Source: Candidatus Binatia bacterium (GTDB taxonomy: Bacteria; Desulfobacterota; Binatia; Bin18). From it: a stretch of DNA of 64,000 bases. Shown one piece after another: positions 57,874 through 64,000 of this stretch. The notes under the pieces were generated by a model. The model was not told the DNA's origin, made no database searches, and saw nothing but the letters and a program-made list of their open reading frames with translations. The stretch's first letter is position 1. Every line of letters starts with the position of its first letter. Where the stretch lies: positions 1,568,001 to 1,632,000 of the forward strand of contig OY761159.2 in the NCBI GenBank assembly GCA_963664395.2, in the 5' to 3' direction. A program made the position numbers and the translations under genes.

Positions 57874-58959
57874 CTACGAGTGCAGCTTCTCCAGAGCCGC
57901 AATAAAGCGTTCGTTTTCCTCAGGAAGACCCACACTCACGCGGGCGTAGCCGGGATAGCCATAGCCCTCCATGGGCCGAATAATAATCCCCTGGGGCAGG
58001 AGCTGTTGCGTCACGCCGGGACCCACTTTCACCAGGAGAAAATTCCCCCAGGTAGGAGCGTATGCCACCCCGAGGCGGTCCAACTCCCGACGCAGATAGG
58101 CAAGCCCGTGCCGATTATTGTCCTGGGTCTTGCGTATATGCTCGGTATCATCCAGCGCCGCTAACGCGCCCACTTGGGCGAGCGTATTCACATTAAAGGG
58201 CTGGCGGATACGGTTGAGCGCATCAATCACTTCCGGTGAGGAAATGCCGTAGCCAACGCGCACGCCGGCCAGACCACAGATCTTGGAAAACGTGCGCAGG
58301 GTGATGAGCGCCCGCCCATCCGAATGATAGTCAAGCGAATTGGGGTAGTCCGCATCTTCGACAAATTCAAAATAGGCTTCGTCGACGACGATCACCACAG
58401 CCGGGGGCACTTTCTCCAGAAAAGCCTCCCAGTCCGTCTTGGTGTAGATCGTCCCAGTGGGATTATTGGGGTTATCCAAAAAAATGATGCGTGTATCGGG
58501 CTCAATTGCCCGCGCCATGGCGTCCAAATCAAAGGCAAAACCGGTATGCGGAACGGTAATGGTGCGGCCGCCGGCCGCGTGCACACACAGATGATAAATG
58601 GCAAACGCGTGCTCCGCGGCGACAATCGATTCACCCACACGTAAAAAGGTCCGCACGATCATTTCGATTAATTCGTTCGAGCCGTTGCCAATAATAATCC
58701 GCCCACGGTCCAGCCCGAATTTCTCGGCCAGACGGTGTTTGAGATAAAAGGCATCGCCGTCAGGATACAGATTGAGCTGCGGCAGCGCTGCCCGAATCGC
58801 CTCAAGCGCTTTTGGAGACGGTCCCAAGGGATTCTCGTTTGAGGCGATTTTCACCGAGTTGCTGATACCGTATTCCCGCTCCACCTCTTCAATCGGCTTT
58901 CCAGGCTGATACGGGGTAAGACTCAAGACCCAATCCGGTACATATTTTCGGATATCCAT
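57874..58959 (-). CDS. hisC: Histidinol-phosphate aminotransferase
   Basis: ASNENPLG, GNGSNE, NPNNPTG, DEAY, RTFSK. Confidence 0.95.
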   Translation of the reverse strand: MDIRKYVPDWVLSLTPYQPGKPIEEVEREYGISNSVKIASNENPLGPSPKALEAIRAALPQLNLYPDGDAFYLKHRLAEKFGLDRGRIIIGNGSNELIEMIVRTFLRVGESIVAAEHAFAIYHLCVHAAGGRTITVPHTGFAFDLDAMARAIEPDTRIIFLDNPNNPTGTIYTKTDWEAFLEKVPPAVVIVVDEAYFEFVEDADYPNSLDYHSDGRALITLRTFSKICGLAGVRVGYGISSPEVIDALNRIRQPFNVNTLAQVGALAALDDTEHIRKTQDNNRHGLAYLRRELDRLGVAYAPTWGNFLLVKVGPGVTQQLLPQGIIIRPMEGYGYPGYARVSVGLPEENERFIAALEKLHS

Positions 58960-58965
58960 ACTCGT

Positions 58966-60090
58966 TCACCGTTTTTGTTGCACCGGCACAAAGGACGCAT
59001 ACGAACCCAGCACTTTGACCGACATACAGCGGGGTTCGATCTCTCGCAGTGCGTCGGCGAGAGCCCGGTCACTCGCATGTCCTTCAATATCGATAAAAAA
59101 GACGTATTCCCACGGGCGACCTTTGAGGGGCCGGGATTCGATCCGTAACAGGTTGATACTGTGATCGGCAAACGGCTTCAGCACCTGATACAGCACGCCC
59201 GACTCATCCCGGACAGACAGCACCAAAGAAGTTTTGTCATCCCCGGTTGGTTTGCCGGTCTGTGGGGTCCGGCTCAGGATGGCGAAACGGGTGTAGTTCG
59301 CCGCTTGATCCTGGATATCCGCCTCTATGATATTGAGCCGATAGCGCGCCGCGGCCAGCCGTCCGGCAATCGCTGCGGCCTGTGGATCGCTCCGCACCAG
59401 CTCGGCAGCGCGGGAATTGCTCGATGCCGCCTGCGTGGGAACACCCGGCAAATGCGTGGCCAGCCAGTGCTGACATTGCGCCAGAGACTGCGGATGGGCC
59501 AGTACGCGCTGAAGCCGCTCTCGCTTTGTCGCGCGGCTGAGCAGACAGTGCCGAATTTCCAGCGACCGTTCCGCAATAATATGCAGATTCGTTTCAATAA
59601 AGAGATCAAGCGTGATGGCGACCGAGCCTTGACTCGAATTCTCGACCGGCACGACTCCGTATTCGACCTGGCCACTTTCAACTGCTGAGAAAATCTGAGG
59701 AATCGTCTCTACCGGGACAAACTCAGCGTTTGACCCAAACTGCTCTTCACTCGCCATATGGGCATAACTCGCCTCCGGTCCAAGATAGGCAACCCGCAGG
59801 GACGTTTCGAGCGCGCGTGAGGCCGAAATAATCTCGCGATAAATGACCCGAATGGATTCGTCCGGGAGCGGCCCGGTGTTCAACTCAGCTAAACGGGCGA
59901 GAATGGCCCGTTCCCGGCTCGGCACATAGACCGCGCTTGTCTTCCCTTTCTTCTCTCCAATCTGTTGAGCCAGACGGGCGCGGCGATTCAACAGGGTAAG
60001 GATGTGTGCATCGATACGATCGATTTTCTCTCTGAACGCATCTAACGTCGCTTGTGCTGCGTGCGAAGAGGAAGAATGTTTGTGCGCCAC
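58966..60090 (-). CDS. pheA: Chorismate mutase/prephenate dehydratase
   Basis: CM domain REKIDRID; YLGP, PVENS, NYTRF, IESRP. Confidence 0.96.
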   Translation of the reverse strand: MAHKHSSSSHAAQATLDAFREKIDRIDAHILTLLNRRARLAQQIGEKKGKTSAVYVPSRERAILARLAELNTGPLPDESIRVIYREIISASRALETSLRVAYLGPEASYAHMASEEQFGSNAEFVPVETIPQIFSAVESGQVEYGVVPVENSSQGSVAITLDLFIETNLHIIAERSLEIRHCLLSRATKRERLQRVLAHPQSLAQCQHWLATHLPGVPTQAASSNSRAAELVRSDPQAAAIAGRLAAARYRLNIIEADIQDQAANYTRFAILSRTPQTGKPTGDDKTSLVLSVRDESGVLYQVLKPFADHSINLLRIESRPLKGRPWEYVFFIDIEGHASDRALADALREIEPRCMSVKVLGSYASFVPVQQKR

Positions 60091-60179
60091 ACGGCGTTTC
60101 TTACTATGATTTACCGAGCCAGTCTATGCGCGTGGGTCTATGCGCGTGGGTCTCTCCATCCAAACGATACGGCTGAATT

Positions 60180-61193
60180 TCAGAGCGGTCCGCCGACTCC
60201 ATTGACTTCAGTTTTCAGCTCCGCTGCCTTATCGACAATGCCAATTTCTCCCATCCGACGGAATTTCGCGTAGCGTTGCTCCATGAGTTCGGCGACGGAC
60301 AAGCCGCGCACCGTTTGCAGGTGCCGGGCGATTGCTTCTCCAACGTCGATTATAGCTGCTTGGGCATGACGGTGGGCTCCGCCTGGTGGCTCGGCGATCA
60401 CCTCATCAATCACACCTAAAGAAAGCAAATGCGGAGCCGTCACCTTCAGCGCCTCGGCTGCCCAGGCCGACCGTTCCGGCGTGCGTTCTCCAAACAGAAT
60501 CGCCGCACAGCCTTCGGGAGTAATGACCGAATAGCAGGCATTCTCCTGCATCAGGAGCCGGTCGCCAACACTGAGGGCCAGCGCGCCGCCACTCCCCCCT
60601 TCTCCAATAACCGTGACAACGATGGGTGTCTTGAGGCCGGCCATTTCCTGGATATTCCTGGCAATGGCTTCGGCTTGGCCGCGCTCCTCAGCGCCAACGC
60701 CGGGATAGGCGCCTTGGGTATCAATAAAGCTCAATACCGGCCGCTGGAACCGCTCGGCGAGATGAAAGAGACGCAGCGCTTTGCGATACCCCTCGGGACG
60801 GGGCATCCCAAAATTTCGGTGGACTTTTTCAGCCACCGTCTTTCCGCGCTGATGGCCGACAACAACAACGGGCGTGCCACGAAAACGCGCCAGACCGCCG
60901 ATAATTGCCGGATCATCACCAAAGACTCGGTCGCCGTGCAGCTCTACGAATTCGGAGCAGAGGGCCTCAATATAATCAAGCGTGTAGGGCCGGTCCGAGT
61001 GTCGAGAGAGTTGCACCTGTTGCCACGGCGAGAGTACGGCAAACACCTCTGTCTCGCGTTGCCGGAGCTGTTCTTCCAGTGCGGCCAGTTCAGTCTGTTG
61101 CGCTGCGGACCGGATTTCCAACTGGGTGAGGTACTGAACCTGATTGTCCAATTCCTCCAGAGGTTGCTCAAAATCGAGATAGGTTGTCTGCAC
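60180..61193 (-). CDS. accA: Acetyl-CoA carboxylase carboxyltransferase alpha
   Basis: YLDFEQP, ELHGDR, PEGYRKALR, GEGGSGGAL; GTG start with GAAGGAG RBS. Confidence 0.96.
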   Translation of the reverse strand: MQTTYLDFEQPLEELDNQVQYLTQLEIRSAAQQTELAALEEQLRQRETEVFAVLSPWQQVQLSRHSDRPYTLDYIEALCSEFVELHGDRVFGDDPAIIGGLARFRGTPVVVVGHQRGKTVAEKVHRNFGMPRPEGYRKALRLFHLAERFQRPVLSFIDTQGAYPGVGAEERGQAEAIARNIQEMAGLKTPIVVTVIGEGGSGGALALSVGDRLLMQENACYSVITPEGCAAILFGERTPERSAWAAEALKVTAPHLLSLGVIDEVIAEPPGGAHRHAQAAIIDVGEAIARHLQTVRGLSVAELMEQRYAKFRRMGEIGIVDKAAELKTEVNGVGGPL

Positions 61194-61266
61194 AATTGCT
61201 CCTTCATAAAGAGGGCGTGAAACGGCGGGAGTAAAACGGCACAAAAAATCTCTGCCTGCTCACCCA

Positions 61267-62199
61267 TCACGTTTTACTCGCCCGTCCAAAGAACTCCTGA
61301 ATCACGCGGTCAATATCTTGCTCTTGCGTTCGCGCATACCACTGCACCGCCGGTTCCGCTCGCAGCCAGGTCATCTGCCGTTTGGCCAGCCGGCGTGTTT
61401 CCTTGGCCATGTGGGCGACGGCTTCCTCCAGTGTGCAGCGTCCGTGCAACAGGTCCCCAATCTGGGCATAGCCTATGGTGCGGAGGGTGGGAAGCTGCTC
61501 ACCAAACCCCATATCCCAGACCCGACGGACCTCGTCAACAAGGCCCTCACGAATCATCTGCCGGCAGCGCTGTGTAATGCGCTGGGCCAAGACCTCCCGC
61601 TCCATGACCAGGGACACCAGGAGCGTCGAAAATGGTCGCTCTTGGAAGCCATGCTCTCGCTGCCAGGCACTCAGTGGCTTGCCACTCAACAACCAGACTT
61701 CCAGGGCCCGAATCAGCCGGACGCGGTCGTTTGGATGGAGCCGGCGGGCTGCGTCCGCATCAACTTGGTGCAGCTGGCTATGGAGAAAACCAGGGCCATG
61801 CTCTGCCTCCTGTGCGGCCAGACGTTTACGCAGCGCAGGGTCAGACTGCGGTCCGACAAAGAGCCCACGGGTGAATGCACGAATATAGAGTCCGGTTCCA
61901 CCCACAACAAAAATACGCTTGCCGCGCCGGGTAATATCGGCAACCGCTTCGTGCCCAAGTGTCCGAAATCGTGCCACATCAAAGTGTTCATCCGGATTGA
62001 CCACATCAATCACATGATGCGCAACCTGGGATTGCTCTTGTGTTGTTGGTTTTGCGGTACCAATGTCCAAGTGCCGATACACTTGACGTGAATCCGCACT
62101 GATAATCTCGGCGTTATAGCGTTGGGCGAGGGTGAGCGCGAGCGCTGTTTTTCCCGTAGCTGTCGGTCCGGCAATAACAACGATCTGCGGCTTTCCCAT
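61267..62199 (-). CDS. miaA: tRNA dimethylallyltransferase
   Basis: GPTATGKT, SADSRQVY, DIGTAKP, VGGTGLY, AKRQMTW. Confidence 0.97.
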   Translation of the reverse strand: MGKPQIVVIAGPTATGKTALALTLAQRYNAEIISADSRQVYRHLDIGTAKPTTQEQSQVAHHVIDVVNPDEHFDVARFRTLGHEAVADITRRGKRIFVVGGTGLYIRAFTRGLFVGPQSDPALRKRLAAQEAEHGPGFLHSQLHQVDADAARRLHPNDRVRLIRALEVWLLSGKPLSAWQREHGFQERPFSTLLVSLVMEREVLAQRITQRCRQMIREGLVDEVRRVWDMGFGEQLPTLRTIGYAQIGDLLHGRCTLEEAVAHMAKETRRLAKRQMTWLRAEPAVQWYARTQEQDIDRVIQEFFGRASKT

Positions 62200-62428
62200 A
62201 TGTCACCGTGAGTTTGTGAGACGCACGCGCAAGCGGCGGCGTATGGATACGACCGGTTCGCACAGCCCCCTCACCCCAGCCCTCGCCCGCCAGACGTGTG
62301 ATGCCCATGACCCTGAGTTCCGGCCAGACTGGCTGTGGCCGCCGGCCAGGAGGCAACCGCTGCCCTGCCCCGTGGTTGCCTGCGGCACGGCGTGTTGCAT
62401 CACACGGTCTCTTGCACGGTCTCTTGGC

Positions 62429-63106
62429 TCATCCCGACGACGGATCAACCCCAAGGGCAGGTAAAACATCCAAATCCTGCAACGCCTGATAGGTATGCGT
62501 CGCGGTTGGCTTTGAGGCAAATAGCTTGAGGTCTTCAACCGAATCAATGTCAAACGCAATACGCGGAGCCTCAATCACTCGGCAGGCGACATTTCCTTCC
62601 CGAGCCTGGACCTGGTGGGCGTTGAGGCTCGGTCCGCCAAAGCAGGTTGGGATAACGAGCGGCGGCGTGCGCAAGAGCGCATTGGTGCCCTCGCCTTCTT
62701 TGCACGTCACCAGCAAGACTTCGGGCTCATCCGTTGCTTCACACAAGAGCAGGTCAATGTCTTCAGAGGTGACCAGCGGCAGGTCTGACAGCAGGACCAG
62801 GAGCGTTGTCCCGCCCTGTTGCAGACAAAATTCGGCACCAATAGCAACGGCCCCGTTGAGCCCCCGCGGGTGGCCCTCATCAATGGCCTCAGCACCTAAA
62901 CCACGCGCGATGTCCAGTAAGATGTGGTCCGAGGTCACGACGCCGAAGCGGTCTACCGTAGCCGCCCGGCGCAGCTGCGCCAGAACGTCACGCAACATGG
63001 CCTGAGACAGGCTATACCGCTGTGCATCGGACAAGAGGGCTGCCAAGCGACTCTTGCCTTGGGCTAACGCTTTTATAGGAACGAGAACAAAGTTCACGTG
63101 AGCCAT
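62429..63106 (-). CDS. cofC: 2-phospho-L-lactate/PEP guanylyltransferase (F420 biosynthesis)
   Basis: VPIK...GKSRL, GLNGAV, SDLPL, GTNAL, FDIDSVEDL. Confidence 0.88.
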   Translation of the reverse strand: MAHVNFVLVPIKALAQGKSRLAALLSDAQRYSLSQAMLRDVLAQLRRAATVDRFGVVTSDHILLDIARGLGAEAIDEGHPRGLNGAVAIGAEFCLQQGGTTLLVLLSDLPLVTSEDIDLLLCEATDEPEVLLVTCKEGEGTNALLRTPPLVIPTCFGGPSLNAHQVQAREGNVACRVIEAPRIAFDIDSVEDLKLFASKPTATHTYQALQDLDVLPALGVDPSSG

Positions 63107-63194
63107 CCTGAAGAAATTCTCCTTGCAGAACAAGAGGGAATGTGGATATAGTTGGGCCTCTATCACCCACTGCCTATCAAGAAGGAGGAGCCCC

Positions 63195-64000
63195 ATGAGA
63201 GAAGTTGCCCTGGTTGGTGCGGGCATGACCCGTTTTGCCAAGCATCTGGATAAAGGCATGAAAGAGTTGTCCCGCGAAGCCGTTGAGGGGGCGCTTAAAT
63301 CCGCCGGGGTTGAGGCGCAGGCGCTAGAGGCGGTCGCGGTTGGGAACGCCATGGCCGGCCTGATTACCGGTCAGGAATGCATCCGCGGGCAAGTGGTCCT
63401 GCGCGAAATGGGTATTGGCGGCATTCCGGTCATCAACACCGAAAACGCCTGCGCCAGTGCGGCAACCGCGTTTCATCTCGCTTGGTTGTATGTTGCGTCA
63501 GGCATGTATGACGTCGTGCTCGCCCTGGGCATGGAAAAGCTCTACCACGAGGATAAAAAGAAATCGTTTGCCGCTCTTGGCAGCGCCATTGATGTTGAGC
63601 TGATGCAAGAAACCTTGGCGGATATGAAAAAGTCAACCGAGGAGAAAGGCGGAGGAGCCGAGGCAGGCAAGTCACGCAGCATGTTCATGGACTTTTACGC
63701 TGAGTTTGCACGCAGCCACATGCGTAAATACGGCACGACCAAAGAGCACTATGCACAAATTGCAGCCAAGAACCACACCAATGGCAGTCTGAACCCACAC
63801 GCCCAGTTTCAGACCCCGCGCAGCATGGAAGACGTGCTCGCCTCGCCCATGATCGCCGATCCGCTGACCCGGATGATGTGCTCGCCTATTGGTGACGGCG
63901 CTGCCGCCCTGGTGCTCACCAGCGCAGAGAAAGCGAAAGAACTCACCACCAAGCCGGTCTATGTCAAAGCCTCGGTGCTGGGTTCGGGTAAAGACCGTCA
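63195..64000 (+). CDS. Thiolase family protein (SCP-x type), 3'-truncated by window edge
   Basis: Not in ORF track; MREVALVGAGMTRF...ENACASAATAF...KNH...NPHAQF...CSPIGDGAAA; GGAGG RBS. Confidence 0.93.
   Translation, partial: MREVALVGAGMTRFAKHLDKGMKELSREAVEGALKSAGVEAQALEAVAVGNAMAGLITGQECIRGQVVLREMGIGGIPVINTENACASAATAFHLAWLYVASGMYDVVLALGMEKLYHEDKKKSFAALGSAIDVELMQETLADMKKSTEEKGGGAEAGKSRSMFMDFYAEFARSHMRKYGTTKEHYAQIAAKNHTNGSLNPHAQFQTPRSMEDVLASPMIADPLTRMMCSPIGDGAAALVLTSAEKAKELTTKPVYVKASVLGSGKDR

Noticed and set aside
63107-63352. N-terminal extension of cofC in the ORF track
   Set aside because: It overlaps the divergent thiolase start; CofC similarity begins at ATG 63106.

Overview
A GC-rich bacterial chromosome segment. 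The gene content (many CaiB/BaiF CoA-transferases, an LLM oxidoreductase plus cofC, enoyl-CoA hydratase, thiolase, abundant TA modules, PPC-repeat surface proteins) suggests a Deltaproteobacteria-like lineage, possibly a Binatia-type or sponge-associated organism; this is inference only. The backbone is housekeeping and catabolic: msrP, comM, queE, HU, ptsP, thiD, alkA, fhs, typA and the miaA-accA-pheA-hisC-tyrA-aroA-cmk-rpsA-ihfB run. Three accessory regions stand out. (1) 0.9-9.7 kb: two tandem paralogous ~1,300-aa exported proteins with a shared non-coding leader, shared N-terminal double domain and linker, and seven divergent PPC-like repeats each. (2) 35.8-39.0 kb: an AbiK/DRT4-like defence reverse transcriptase, split by a single-base frameshift and sandwiched between two VapBC-type TA modules. 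(3) 43.2-50.9 kb: an AT-richer defence island that separates a normally adjacent AAA+ ATPase/VWA gene pair. It carries PIN-wHTH, a TIR / 3-TM membrane protein / TIR operon (Thoeris-like but with no ThsA; best candidate for an undescribed system), HigBA and TA remnants, a type III CBASS (CD-NTase, HORMA, TRIP13) with a SLATT-like 2TM effector and a downstream CapW-like WYL regulator, and an hsdR stub. No rRNA, tRNA, CRISPR array or IS transposase was seen. All family calls come from motif recognition; no database searches were run.
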